Notes under the pieces: model-generated
Seen by the model: only the letters and a program-made list of their open reading frames with translations
Told to the model about the DNA's origin: nothing
The model's database searches: none
In this document: one piece after another, positions 14,820 through 35,207 of the stretch
How positions within the stretch are numbered: the stretch's first letter is position 1
Layout: each line of letters opens with the position of its first letter
Translations under genes and position numbers: made by a program
Assembly (NCBI RefSeq): GCF_009914755.1
Contig: NC_060926.1
Source: the human T2T-CHM13v2.0 reference genome, Homo sapiens
DNA: 64,000 nt
Direction: 5' to 3' (one strand)

Positions 14820-15769
14820 GCTGCCATTGCTGGCCCTGTTACAGGGTGGGTCTATCTGGGCTATCAACACATACGCTGGGAAAACTGGGAGCAAGAGCAG
14901 GGAGCAGATGTGGAGTCAGACACCAGAGCAGCACGGATGAGCAAATGACTGACACTCCAGCCAAGTGAGGGGCGCAGCCAGGAAGGCGGCCAGAGTCCTG
15001 ACTCCAGGACAGCAAACACAATGGCAATGTCGGAACAAGATGATGAGACAGACCGCCGAGTGCTCCAGGCTTCAAATCCTAAAGAAGTCAACAGATGGAG
15101 GAAGGACCATGATGTGAGTCTTCCAGAATGCCTCCCTTGCCAGAGGGTTGTGGGCTTGGAGTCTTGTGACAGCCCAGATGCTTTCTGCCGGCCACAGGGT
15201 AACACCATTACAAACTGTCCCCGAGAGCTGGAGGACACCTCGCTCCCCTCTCCCTCTCCAGATGCTTTTATTTTAAGTTGCAAGGCTCAGTCCCAACTCT
15301 TCATCCAAGTCAAAGTTTTTTTTTCCAAGTGTCTACCAAGTTTCAATGCCACTGAAGCCTTTCATTCTATGTCTAAGAATAGCACTGGGTCAGAAAACAT
15401 CTTCCTTCTCTCTCACTTGGGGTTACTGACCCAAATACTGGCACTTGAAAAACAGAAAAGGCCTAGTTGTCACCACATGGCTCAAGGGAGTCACAGCAAG
15501 GAAGGTTGAAAACAAGTGCCAAAGGAACAGACATGAGTCAGCTTTGGAACCTTCTAGAAAACTAAGCCAAGGAGTTTAGATTTTGTCTCTTTTTGCTGCT
15601 GTTGGAGGAGATGGAAAACCAACACATATTTGTTGAGTGAATGAATGATTGAAATGTTTTAGAACAATAATTTGGGTAATAATGGAGAGTGAGTTTGACA
15701 AGAGAAGGAAAGAGAGGATGCCCCAGGCAGGCACATTGCTGAAATAACTGTTACGCACTAAGAAAGATG

Positions 15770-16065
<296 letters not shown>

Positions 16066-16515
16066 TTAAAGATGCGGAGGGGTTGTAGAGACCTTTAAGA
16101 GCTGGAATTGATTATTAGTTGTCAGGAAGAAGAAGAAGAAATCAAGGATCTCTCCACATCATGAGGCTAAGTGTGGCAACACCAACAGCAATGGAGACAA
16201 GTGTGTAAGGCAACACATTAGGTTTTGGCCATGAACATGTCTAAATGCATATGTCAGGTAGGCGGGGGGTGCATGCTGGAGATCAAGAGAGAGATTGAGT
16301 CTAGTGTGCCAGGAGTCACTTGATTGATACTAGTTGCGGGACTAATATGTTCACCAGAGGATGCATTGAATAGAAGTGAGCAAGAAACTCGAGAAAGCAT
16401 TCCCAATGCCTGGTCCTATTAATCCATCTCCAGTGCAACCTTGGCTGCAACATTGCTACTGTCCTTTCTGGCAACATTACATGGGTGGCTTATTAACCTA
16501 CCTTGGAAAAGAGGT

Positions 16516-17069
16516 TGTCTGAGCCTGGGTTTCTCTCCACCCCACTGCCATGAAAGCAGAGTTTTAGCCAAGGACTTGTGTGCAGGTATTTTATTTAAAA
16601 TGTAATCCCAGAGAATAGAAGTAAGGGATCAGGGAGAGTAAAGGAAGGAGGAAAAGCCCATAATGGGCCAACAGTCCATTATGAAAAGTGCACTATAAAG
16701 TTGTTGTGGGCAACAGGGGCTCAGTCCCACCTGGACCTAGGAGGAGCCTGCAGAATGCCTCCAGAATTGGCCTCCTGAGGACCCAAAGGGAACACACTTA
16801 CTATGAGCCCCCATACTACATTGGGTGCCCCCAGGGGCATTACCACCCCACACTTCTAGATGCCCCTATATGTTTGTCAAGTGGGGACCTGCCAGGTCCA
16901 TAGCAACAGAGAGGCTCCGGGGCAGAGAGTGAAGGAGGCAAGCTCATGCCTGAGGCCGGAGATGTCAGCAAATGTGACTGGAAGCACCCACAGAGCTTCC
17001 CATCATCAGAACTACAATCTAAGGGAAGCCAGGAAGGTGCAGGGAGGGGGTCTGGAGGTATATGATACA
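16516..17069 (-). mobile_element. ERVL-class LTR (LTR33/LTR40-like), 3' LTR of the adjacent internal segment
   Basis: tgtctgagcctgggtttc...aagcagagttttagccaaggacttgtgtgcaggtattttattt...gtaatcccag...ggtatatgataca. Confidence 0.6.
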
Positions 17070-19125
17070 TGGACCCTTTGAACTCCTCAGATCCACTCCT
17101 GCCTCACATTACATCCAGTTCCACCAAGACAAAATATTCAAGGTGGTAGTTGAACCAAAGTCTTCCAAAGACTCAACACACTGGGTCAGTGGAAGAAGGC
17201 ACAGTCCCCACTGCTGCAATGGACCCAGAGGCCTCTGTTGTTACTCTTCACCTCATTCCTTCACCATCCTTTCCAGATCCTCCCCTCTATTTCAGCTAAC
17301 ATTTCAGCTGGTCTAGGTTGCTTGCCTAGACCTAAAGCTTAGATGACCTAAACCTTCCCCCTTGATGGGTCTCAGTGTTTGGCTGTCTTTCTTTTTTCAG
17401 GCCATGATTGCTGCAATTGCCTGTTACTGTTTTAGAATCACTAAGAGATGTTCCAGGGAATTCTGTAGGCTCCACCCCAGGAACACCTCTAGATCCTGAT
17501 GACAGACTCAGTTACCCCTCCTTACTTGACTGTGAATCTGCAGGCATAGCAAGACCGAAATGAACAAGCTGTACTCGTAGGCTCTGAATCAGTGAACACC
17601 ATGTCCCTGGAGGAAGTTCTATCCCAGGAAATTGGGGCCTGTGCTTCAGCAGGGTCTGATGTTATAAGAATGAGAAGCACAAATTCCACAGTGGATTAAT
17701 GGAAGCTACAGGACCAGAGGCAATTCTACTTCAACTCCTTGTTGCACAAGCCTAAATATTGTAGCAAATGGGGAACCCGTGCATCAGCTGTGAGCTTACT
17801 CCATATGTTGCATTCCGGGGTACAACACCCCTAAATAAGTAGAAGACTTGGTCCTTTAATAGGTGCATAATTCTGGTATGCCAGATGTTCCCTGGCGATG
17901 TGATATATGGTAAGACCAGCAGATTCGTAAAATAGGTCTTCTGGTCCAAAGCCATGGTTTGTAGAATTGCATGTCAGTAAACAGGCATTCAGTAAACTCT
18001 AGAATGGCAGTTGTCAGAGGACAAGTGACAGACCAAGTCTACTGCAGTTCACCCACTGGGATGATTCCCTTCAACCGTTATTCTTTAGGGGCACCCTGAT
18101 TATGGCCACTGTGTGAAAACAGTCCATTCTTGGCTCCCCCAGCATTTCTAGTCAACCCATCTTAGAAGCAAGTCTGAGTTATTTTTTTTATGCATCAGGT
18201 GATTAGGACCTGATGAAATTAGGTCCCGGCACAGGGAGGTGGATGAAAGTGAACTGAGAAGCATCTGGACCACTTCTTCTTGCATTTTGGTGCCTTCTGG
18301 ACCTGCTCCCATACGTACCCCTACCATCATCCAATGGATTGCTACAGCATTCACTGAATCTGATGACTTGGTGAGTCTGACACTTCCCACTTCATAATGG
18401 ATGGTTTGTCCACAGTCACTTAATACCCCAAGACCAGATGCTCTGGCCCTACTAAGGCCCAGTAGCATGCCAGGAACTTCTCTTCAAATGGGGAATACCT
18501 GTGAGCCACAGAAGGCACAGCTTTGTTCCAGGACTCCAGTGGTCGACACTGCAACTCACCTATTGGGCTTGTAACAACCACAACTCCACATTCTTTTCCA
18601 CCACAAGCTTTGGATCTGCAGCGTCAGATAGCCTGAAGTGTAGGGCAGCCTGACCTGTGAACATGCTGCAGAGCCGACTCTAGTTCTGGGCTTTACTCCA
18701 AACTGGCAGCCTTGCAGATCCCTCAGTACATAGGTCAAGGCAGTGTTCAGCACAGTGTAAATGGCTTTCAATTCCAAAGAGAACAACATAGCTTTTTGCC
18801 TCTTTGATGGTGGTAGGGGGTGTGAGATACAATAATTTTTTATTGGGAAGAGATCACAGCATGTCCTAGACTAGTGACCCCCTTAAAATGTCATCAATGT
18901 GAGAGACTCCTGACTCTTTGTAGGTTTTATCTTCCACTATCTGGTACAAATGTGTCTTACGAAGGCATCCAGAGTACTTGTCATTTTCTGCCCACCAACT
19001 GGAATTAACATTATGACTCATATAAGGGACTAGTGTATCATACTATGGGTTGCCAAGATGATCAAAGCCCCTGCTTACTTTTTTGTCACAGAAAGCAGGA
19101 GAGTTAATATAGCCCTGGGATAAAG
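17070..19125 (-). mobile_element. Decayed ERVL internal sequence (3' region and pol up to RT)
   Basis: Antisense pol remnants, e.g. cagggctatattaactctcctgct (PQGYINSPA-like) at ~19095-19118 and gacattttaagggggt...gggcatgctg (VTFLGVQW-like region). Confidence 0.7.
18722..19057 (+). repeat. Source copy of the 336-bp duplication (within ERVL RT)
   Basis: Contiguous with ERVL pol on both sides; ~94% identical to 14484-14819. Confidence 0.95.
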
Positions 19126-19127
19126 GG

Positions 19128-20245
19128 CTAGCGTGGTGAATACATGACTCCATGCGTTTGTCAAAACCTATAAAAATGGACACCACAAAGTGAATTTTAA
19201 TGTATATACATTTTTCTAAAATCAGCTACAATGTTCAGGGACCCAAAAATGGAATATACACAGAGAAAAAGTAAATGTACCTAACTTTATTATAAATAAA
19301 TAGTATAACCACACTGGAAGGGATGAGGAAGAAAAGAACTAACCTAGATAATGCCAAAAAAATTTATTAAGACTAAGAACAAAATCTACACACAAATAGA
19401 GTACTCTAGTTAGTACATTTGTTTTTCACAAGAGAATGAGTCACTACTCTGAAACCATACTATGAGTAGGGAACAAATATGTAAATAAAGTACAGAAAAA
19501 GGGAGCCACATGTCTTACTGTCAGAGAAATTAGTTACGAATACAAAGAGGTGACAGCTAGAATCATCTTTCGGCTATTCTATTGGAATTGGAGGCATCAG
19601 TATGAACTCATGGATTTTTAATGGATAGATAAGTATAGAGGGACAATGGTGCTGATGAAGATAGATAGGCAAAATAAATATAGATGTGTGTTTATGCATG
19701 AATGTGTGCACAAACATACATTCCCTAACTTTGAACTGAATGGGAAGAGACTAAAAGCAGTGGCACCACAGGGCCAATGAGCATATCTAGCACCCAGATC
19801 TTGAGTTCTAAATACTGTTCTCCAACAAAATAATCCCGGGAAAGTGGTTGATTTCAGGACTGGTTGATGAGCCTAGAGCTGATAAGATGACAGATATAAG
19901 AAACGGATCAAAAAGGGACAGGGACAGGTCCATTGGGCACAGACGCCAACCTGAAAGAACCCCCAATGGACGAATATTTGAGCAAATATTAAGAGTAATA
20001 GCAATAATTATATCCATGGGTCTATGCTGATATAAATAATTTAATAAATAAATTAGTTAATTAATTGGGGACCACTCTTAAAGAATTCCAGCTGGTAAAT
20101 GTATAAGGATTGAAGGAAATATATAATCACCATTAGAACAACATGATAGGATGTGTTGCAGGCAAGATCCACTGATGAATGCTGAAATTAGTATTTCAAA
20201 GTTTGAAGAGAAACAAGCTTTTTGCATTGTCTAAAAATATCAACC
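19128..20245 (+). mobile_element. L1MC4-like 3'UTR
   Basis: gtgaatacatgactccatgcgtttgtcaaaacctata...atctagcacccagatcttgagttctaaatac...ggcaagatccactgatgaatgctgaaattagt. Confidence 0.75.
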
Positions 20246-20673
20246 AGAGTTCCGAAGCTGAACTCTTATTGCATGAGGATCAAGCTGTGAACCTTGCAGG
20301 GTGTGGCCCACCATGGTGCTGAGTCCTTTGGAAGCCTAGGCAGGTCTTCCACTGCCCCGACACCAGCATCTATTCCTCCAAATATCAGGAAACAATTTTC
20401 CCCAGTTGCCACCACTATAGCCCTGGCAGGGAAAAGAACAAACCTAACTCCACTCTTATGGCTTTCCATGGAGATGCTAAGTTATAGGTCTTTGAGCAAC
20501 CCAGATGAGCAGCATTTTTGGTTTCAAGGCTGGCAGAGAAGTAATGTGGCAGGACCCCCTTCCTGCAAGCCAGTAACCTCGTTCTTAGACTCCCCACAAG
20601 ATTTCTGACTTAGTAGCTTGTTTGCCTGTGCCTTCTTCCCAGAGGTTGTCAAACACTTAAAAACTGCAGTGTG

Positions 20674-21051
<378 letters not shown>

Positions 21052-21799
21052 TCAGGCAGAAGCTAGAAGGAAATACCTTGCCTTCTGTGCTCAGAAGTTA
21101 TCAGAAGGAAGCTGCAGGATGGATTGCCTGAGGAATTCCTACTCTAGGAGGAAGGGAAACATCCTTCTAGAAATTGAGCATCTGGCCTTTCAGGTCACCC
21201 ACACCCCACCTGGTACATAAAATGGCTCTGCTGCCTGTGCCGGTGGCCCAGGACGTGCTCTGTGTGCCCCAGTTTCCCAGATTATAGGGCTTTAGTTCAG
21301 ATAGGGAGCAGGATGTATGAGACCAGAGCAGCCCAGAATCTCAGAGGTTATAATAACCTCGATTTTTACAAAGATATCAACACCCCTAAGACCAGGAAGA
21401 TGAACATAAACCTCTTCCATCCAAACACAAAATGATATAGCAAGGACTGGGTCGTCCCTTTCTGCCCAAAGCAGTGTAAGGGGAGTGGTCAGGGGATGTA
21501 GAATTAGAGGCACATGGTATGATATCACTGGAACTACCCAGAGAGCACATCTCACTGACCACACCCAGCCATCCCCATTCACATTTTCTCATGCCTTACC
21601 ACCTCCTCCTAGCTGTATACCTCTAGTTTGATAACTATTTTTCCTCCTTCATTCAGCTCCTCCTCTGAATCATGGCTCCCACACTTCATTATTTACTCCA
21701 AGCATCAAGATAATAGATTGGGCTTCCCCACGCCAGCACCCTTTTTTATGTATGTGGGTCAACCCTGCATCTTGCTTAGCATTGTTCATAAGAAGAAAG

Positions 21800-22070
21800 G
21801 AATTAGATGACAAAAAATATGATATGCTGGATACTTAGGTCTGAGAAAAGTTCCCAGAGGAAGGAATAGCAACAGAGTCAAATATAGTGAAAAGTTCTGA
21901 TAGGATGAAGATGGAGAAGTCCATTGAACTTGCCTCAGTGGATCTTCAGTAGTCTTGAAAGGAACAGTTTTGGTGGAGTGAATCTAGTTTTCAGTGTTTG
22001 AGAAATTAATGGCCAACAAGGTAATGAGGATATCAAGTGTAAAAAGTGACTGTCAAATAACTGAAGGTAA
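21800..22070 (-). mobile_element. L2 fragment
   Basis: caacagagtcaaatatagtgaaaagttctgataggatgaagatggagaagtccattgaactt...gaacagttttggtggagtg. Confidence 0.55.
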
Positions 22071-22670
22071 AATTGATGCTAAAAGAGGACCTCCATCCTA
22101 CTCCCCTCCTCAAAAGATGGGCTGGTTAACTGCTGGTTCTGCAGAAGACCGGTGTGAACTAGAGTAAGGGGTCATCTGCCTAAACATTTTCATCAGGATT
22201 AGGGATTCTGCTTAATTTCCCACCTGCTTTCCACTACTTCTCCATCAGAGCTACTTTTTATATAACTTTTTCCTTGCCTGCTGGAACAAAGCCATGCCCA
22301 ACAGGTGTGATGGTCCCAGGGGTTGGGGACTCTGTCGGTTAAGACTCACTGTTGGAAGGAAAGGCCTCAAAATGAATGGATCAAGAATAATTATGCAGGA
22401 AATAGGAGATCTGGAAAGACACAGGGAATCTTCAAGAATTGGGCACCAGCTTTCAAGTGTAGAGCCAGGAGCCTAGGACCAGGATGAAACATCACATGCA
22501 GCAGAACTCTGAGTAATATAGCAGAAGTCAAGGCAATAGCCTGTAATAACTTTCCTGCTCAGTACTCACTTCCATGAGCTGCCTTGAGTGTGTGCTGTGG
22601 GTGAATTGGTAATGTCATACAGATAATTTATAGCACTCCTTGCCACTATCCTCTGAAAAGATGGGGGAAC

Positions 22671-24592
22671 TGTGTAGGAACCTTCCCTACCTAAAAGATG
22701 GGGTAGCTATATGGGAACTCATAGTTTAGCAAAACATCCCCACGGGTAAGGCCCCTACCAAGCCAGTAGCCAAGGATGGATGAGAGAGTTCAGGAGGGGT
22801 TCTACATTCTTAGCAAGAAAGCTTGCTCATAACAGGCAAGCTTAGCTCTAAAAGCAGCCACCTAGACGACTAAGTATGAGTTTCTATAATATAAGAAGCC
22901 TGACTGGAAAAGCATACAAGTATTTCTCATAGCAAAAGGAGCCCAGCAATTCTTCCACCATGCACTCAGTGTCCTGGGTTTGGTTGCTTCAAATAGGCCT
23001 GGATGCAGCAATAAAGGAGCCTGTTGCTGGGCTAGAAGGCAGAAGATTGTAGAATTATACGAATGGACATATTTGGTTCCAAAGGGCAATCAGTAGAAAA
23101 GCTTTCAGCAGAAATGGATTGACAAATATGTACAGGGCAATGGCTCCAGTGTGGTCCTGGTGACCTTGGGCATCTCCACATCGGCCATGAAGGCAAGCCT
23201 TCGGAGTTGACATGAGGCTTGGTAGAGCATCCTGTGATCCTACTAGAGCACTACTATGGGAGGCTGGGGAGGAGCTGCTCCCAGACCATTCCTGATTCAT
23301 GAGACTGTCTCTCATTGCCTCCCTTGTTCTGATGAAGTTTGAGGCTCTCTGCCTCTACCCCCTGCCCCACTCCATTCCCAACCCCCACCTTTAGGGAACA
23401 GTCGTAGCCTATAAAACACTTAGCTGCAGTGTGGAATAAGGCCCTCAGCAACAGGGCGCCAATGACTCTCTGATGTTTTGGTGTCATCCTGTGAGACCAG
23501 AAAGGTCGCTAGTCTTTGCTACTCTGGCTTTTTTTTTTTTCTGTCTATGTAAGCAATAAACTATCTGAACCTAAAATGTTTCATTGTTTCTTTACCTGTT
23601 GCGGGAAGTCAGGGACCCCAAATGGAGGGACTGGCTGGAGCTGCGGCAGAGGAACATAAATTGTGAAGATTTCATTTTAATATGGACATTTATCAGTTCC
23701 CAAATAATACTTTTATAATTTCTTATGGCTGTCTTTAATCTCTTAATCCTGTTACCTTTGCAACCTGAGGATGTACGTCACCTCAGGACCACTGTGATAA
23801 TTGTGTTAACTGTATAAATTGATTGTAAAACATGTGTGTTTGAACAATATGACATCAGTGCACCTTGAAAAAGAACAGAATAACAGCGATTTTTAGGGAA
23901 CAAGGGAAGACAACCATAAGGTCTGACTGCCTGCGGGGTCGGGCAAAAAGAGCCATATTTTTCTTCTTGCAGAGAGCCTATAAGTGGACGTGCAAGTAGG
24001 GAAGGTATCACTAAATTCTTTTCCTAGCAAGGAATATTAATATTAATACCCTTGGAAAGGAATGCATTCCTGGGGGGAGGTCTATAAATGGCTGCTTTGG
24101 GAGTGTCTGTCTTATGCGGTTGAGATAAGGACTGAGATATGCCCTGGTTTCCTGCAGTACCCTCAGGCTTATTAGGGTGGGGAAAAACTCCTCCCTGGTA
24201 AATTTGTGGTCAGACCGGTTCTCTGCTCTTGAATCCTGTTTTCTGTTTAAGATGTTTATCAAGACAATAAGTGCACCACTGAACATAGACCCTTATCAGT
24301 AGTTCTCCTTTTTGTCCTTTGAAGCCTATGATCTACTCCCTGTTCTTACACCCCCTCCCCTTTTGAAATCCTTAATAAAAAACTTGCTGGTTTGAGGCTC
24401 AGGTGGGCATCACAGTCCTACTGATATGTGATGTCACCCCCAGCGGCCCAGGTGTAAAATTCCTCTCTTTGTACTCTTTCTCTTTATTTCTCAGCTGGCT
24501 GAGACTTTTGGAAAATAGAACAACCTACGTTGAAATACTGGGGGCAGGTTTCCCCAATATTTACCAGCTAATCTATCAGCATTGCCTTGACA
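22671..24592 (+). mobile_element. ERVL-class LTR (MER54/MER74-like), interrupted by MER11
   Basis: TG...CA termini (tgtgtaggaacc...ccttgaca), TATAAAA 23410-23416, AATAAA 23555-23560; tail gtaagcaataaactatctgaacctaaaa...tttacc[MER11]agctaatc. Confidence 0.55.
23597..24559 (+). mobile_element. MER11 (MER11C-like; HERV-K HML-8) solo LTR
   Basis: tgttgcgggaagtcagggacccc...gaacataaattgtgaagatttc...ggtttccccaata; perfect 6-bp TSD TTTACC at 23591-23596 and 24560-24565; TATAAA 24083-24088, AATAAA 24374-24379. Confidence 0.95.
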
Positions 24593-24699
24593 ATATTCTG
24601 AGGGGATAATGAGGTTGCCTCTCCATTTAAGTGGTCGCCCTGATGCCTGCTGTAGTTGGGTGTAAGGCATGGATTACTAACTCCCTGAAATGCCAGAGG

Positions 24700-26190
24700 A
24701 CATATTTCCGATTCTAGAAACCTAGAGGCTCTAGGTTATCCAGGTACTTGCAGCCTTCAATGAGGAGATAGAATGGTGCTTCTCACTGAGCTACAGATCT
24801 TTGAAGAAGAAAATGATATGCTCAGGGCTTTCAACTCTCAGCTCAAGCAGGTACAGAGAGTCAGTATTCTCTGGTAGACTTAAGAGAAGTACTTATTCTT
24901 ATGTGTCCATATGACAGACAGAGCTGAAATTTAGTTGTAAAATCTAATCCAGTTGCAGAATTACAACCAAGCTGGTAGCACAGAAGTGGTAAGTTTCCTG
25001 TATTAAGGAAAAGGCACTTACTAATATTTGAAAGAAGTTGGGCATGGAGACTTGGAATGGGGCTGCTAGATAGACTTAGATTAATATGGGACCTTGAACT
25101 CCCAAATGCCCTTGAGTTTTCCTTCCCACGAGAATGAGACCTTTCCTCGTGTCTGAGAAGGTTATCCTTCCCTTATTTAAAGAATCTGTGATCATGTCAC
25201 TTGTGGAGGTTGTTGAAACACCCACGCTCCTCAGGGCCCATCCTCATTACCTCTCATTGCCTTCAGGCCTATGACTCATAACCAGCATAGCCCAGGGACA
25301 ATTACAAGGCCTCCAGTAGAAGAAAATGACTTGGGCACCAAAATCATTGCAATAATTTGTATTGGCAGAACCCCAAGGAACATGAAGATTTAAAGGGTAT
25401 CAGAACAAGGATGAAATATGACTGGATCAAGCTGAACTTGCCAATATGGGAACACTTTTACAAGATTCAGAATTTAATGTTCTAGCTTTCACAGCTGGAA
25501 TGGCTTTACTAGTTGGCTTTGTTCATTGACTGAAACTTGGTTTTAATGGTGACCTACATTCAATGAGGTCAGAATGTCAGAACTTCTGCAGCTTAGTGTG
25601 AAGGGATCCAAATGCTTAGAGAGATGGGGGTAAAGAAGTAGGTGTTGTTATGTAGAAGCCACCCATATTGACTATTTCCTTTTGGACTCAAAAGACACTC
25701 AACAAGGAATTGAGCATCAGCATCCTTGAAGCCTCTGTCACAGCATCCTCTGCAAGAGAGGATGAAAGGTGAGCCTTCCATTGACTTAATAGACTCCCTG
25801 ACCTGATTTCCATAGGAATGAGAGAATCCCAGTGTGACTGAGGCCAGATAGCAACACTAAACCCTCAAGATCAAGGGCAGCAGTTACCATAATAATTACC
25901 CTAATAGGCTGTAGGATCAGGGTGGTGATATGTTTTGTACAGCAGAGAATTAACAGCCATGGCTAAGTTATCAAGTGTTTCCTGTGGATAAAATAGATGG
26001 TACCTGTAACTAGAAAAATTCTGCAGCCAGTGAGAAAAATATGACTGAGTTATCTAATGGGAAGTCCTCACTTCTCACCAGTTCTAAAACTGAAGGTCTT
26101 TAATTGAAAAGGAGGTGTCATAACATGGGAAAGAGCCTACATCATGGCCACAGTTATATCCTATAATTTTCTATCAAGTCTTCCCCTCTG
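24700..26190 (+). mobile_element. Decayed ERVL/MaLR internal gag-like sequence
   Basis: ggatcaagctgaacttgccaatatgggaacactttacaagattcagaatttaatgt (LDQAEFIDMG-like) and gggatccaaatgcttagagagatggg (GIQRLREIG-like). Confidence 0.7.
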
Positions 26191-26199
26191 GAATCAACA

Positions 26200-26529
26200 T
26201 CATTCTAGAGGTTCTAGCCAGTGTAATATGACAGGTAAAAGAAACAAAATGCAACTGGTCAAAAAGGAAGGTATAAAAACATCTTTAGTTTTCTAGTTTA
26301 TTCACAGATGATGTGGTGGCCTACATAGAACATCCCAAAGAATTCTGATTACTCAAAATGGTGCATCTATAAACAAACATTGTGCAGGCACACATAAAAT
26401 ATTATTCAATGGTAAAAAGAATCAAGCTGTTAAGCCATGAAAAAACATGGAGGAAAGTTAAATGCATATTGCTAATTAAAAGAAGCCAGCCTGAAAGTAA
26501 TACATACTGTATTATTCCAATTATATGGC
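26200..26529 (+). mobile_element. L1M RT fragment plus L1MC 3' segment (left arm of the L1MC3-like element split by the provirus)
   Basis: tttattcacagatgatgtggtggcctacatagaa (FADDM region); gccatgaaaaaacatggaggaaagttaaatgcatattgct...tattccaattatatggc. Confidence 0.75.
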
Positions 26530-27079
26530 TGTATCAGTCAGGGTTCTCCAGAGAAACAGAATAAACAGGATGGATGGATATGTATGGATATGTGTGTGTG
26601 TGTGTAAATGTACATGTATGAGAAAGAGAGAGAGAGAGAGACAAAGACAGACCAAGAGAGACAGATATTTATTATAATGAATTGGCTCATGCAATCGTGG
26701 ATGCTAAGTGCCAAGATTTGCAGTTGACAAACTAGAGAAACAGGAGAATTGATGGTGTAAGTTCCAGTCCAAGAGCTGGCAAGATCTGAAAACAAAAAAA
26801 GCTGAGGTTTCATTTTGAGCTGAAAAGACAAATTTGATATACCAGTCCAGAAGTCAGGCAGGAGTTACCTCTTTCCGTACCTTTTTGTTCTTATTCAAGT
26901 CTTCACTTGATAGGATAAGGAGTACACACATTAGGGAAGCATTATGTATTACTCAGTCTATCAATTCAAATTTTATTCTCATCTGGAAACACCCTCACAG
27001 ATACAACAAAATAACGTTTGTCCAAATGTCTGGGCACCCAGTGATCCAGTCAAGTTGACACATAAAATGAACCATCACA
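26530..27079 (-). mobile_element. MLT2 (C/D-like) 3' LTR of an ERVL provirus
   Basis: tgtatcagtcagggttctccagagaaacag...caagttgacacataaaatgaaccatcaca; internal TG/GA microsatellite; left flank ATGGC 26525-26529. Confidence 0.9.
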
Positions 27080-33548
<6,469 letters not shown>

Positions 33549-35140
33549 ATGGACATTATAGAAAAGGCAAAACTATCAACACAGTAAAATGATCAGTAAT
33601 TACCAAGGGAGGAGAAGGAGGAGGAGGAAAGAATGAATAAGTGAAGCACAGGGAATGTTTAGGGCAGTAATACTATTTTGTATAATACAGTAGTGGTGGT
33701 TTTACGGTATGATGCATTTGTAAAAATCCATAAATTTTACAGCATAAAAAGTGAGTTTTAATGTACATAAATTTTTAAAAAGTATTTAGGAGGTTGAGAA
33801 ATCTCAGAAAGAAATGCCGACAGACCAAAAAAATCTAAATGCATTGCTAATGTATGAAACAACCTCACTGAAGGTGGTAGGTCAAAAGGTGCTGACCTAA
33901 GTAACTTTGGAAATGAGTAGAGTACATAAGACTAAAGGTAAAAGGAACCTTATATAAGACTGTACTCTACTTCAAGGGTCCCCAGACCCCAGGCCCTGGA
34001 CCAGTAATGGTCCATGGCCTGTTAGGAACCGGGGTTCACAGCAGAAGGTGAGCAGCAGGTGAGCAAGTGAAGTTTCATCTGTATTTACAGCTGCTCTCCA
34101 TTGCACACATTTCCGCCTAAGCTCTGCCTCCAGTCAGATCAGCAGTGCATTAGATTCTTATAGAAACAGGAACCCTACCACGAACTGTCCATGCAAGGGT
34201 TCTAGGTTGTGCACTCTATGAGAATCTAATGCCTGATTATCTGTCACTTTCTCCCCAAGATGGGACCGTTAGTTGCAGGAAAACAAGCTCAGGCCTTCCA
34301 TTAATTCCACATTATGGTGTGTTGTATAATTATTTCATTACATATTACACTGTAACAATAATAAAAATACATGTGATGCACTTGAATCATCCTGAAATGA
34401 TCCCCTCTCCCCTGGTTCGTGGAAAAGTTATCTTGCATGAAACTGGTCCCAGGTGCCAAAAAGGTTGGGGACCACTGCTCTAGTTGATAAAGTTGTTTCC
34501 CAAGAAACACAGGTTAACAATTCTAATACTGCTATACATGTATATTAAAACTGAACAATTAAGTAAATGGATGGCAAATGGCAGGAACAAGATATCTCAC
34601 TGTTGGAGTGGGAATGCACAGTTAAGCAAGGAAGAGAGACAACAGTGATGCCCGTGGTAACAGACTAGAGTTGGAGACATCAATATGAACACATGTTATC
34701 TTAGTATAGATATTTACATATGGAACTATTTATTGATAGGTATACTTACATAGATTAGCATGCACGCATATATGTCCTTGCTGTGTCAGCTGAGAGGACC
34801 TAAAAGAAATGACACCCAGGGTAGCAATCAGCACGCCTAGTACTCAGATCTTAGTGTAGAATACTAAGTGAAAGGTACTCTAGTGAAAGGTACTAAGACT
34901 CCTTAGAGAAATGGATGATTCCAGGACTGGCAAGAAATTATACAAGACAAGCCTGGAGCATCTTGTAGTGCCAGAAATAAGAAAATGCTCAAAAATAAGG
35001 AAGAATCATATTGATGGGAATATGTCAAAAGAGCACAGGAGTCAACCTAAAGAATTCCCAATGCCCAGAACCAGAGCAATTAGAGCAAAGAAATGAAGCA
35101 GTGTGGTGTATACCCAAAGTAGGAAATAAATATCCCTAGA
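33549..35140 (+). mobile_element. L1MC3-like 3'UTR (right arm), split by MER1A
   Basis: cattatagaaaaggcaaaactat continues the L1MC sequence ending at 26529; gaaacaacctcactgaagg...aggtgctgacctaagtaactttggaaatgag. Confidence 0.82.
33973..34477 (+). mobile_element. MER1A hAT-Charlie MITE
   Basis: caagggtcccc...ggtgccaaaaaggttggggaccactg terminal inverted repeats; 8-bp TSD ctcta(c/g)tt at 33965-33972 and 34478-34485. Confidence 0.93.
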
Positions 35141-35173
35141 ATGTTTTTTCTCTCTAACACAGACTCTCTAATG

Positions 35174-35207
35174 CACACAAACACACACACATACACACAC
35201 ACACACA
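35174..35207. repeat. (CA)n microsatellite, interrupted
   Basis: cacacaaacacacacacatacacacacacacaca. Confidence 0.85.

Noticed and set aside
15021-15509. 162-aa ORF (longest non-repeat ORF), with a GAT|GTGAGT donor at 15113/15114
   Set aside because: No recognisable domain, a weak acceptor upstream, and a length compatible with chance in 64 kb of six-frame translation.
23764-23788. Hairpin cctgagg...cctcagg in MER11
   Set aside because: Appears to be intrinsic to the MER11 consensus rather than locus-specific.
34867-34894. 13-bp near-tandem duplication agtgaaaggtact in the L1MC
   Set aside because: Ordinary slippage-type micro-duplication inside a dead repeat.
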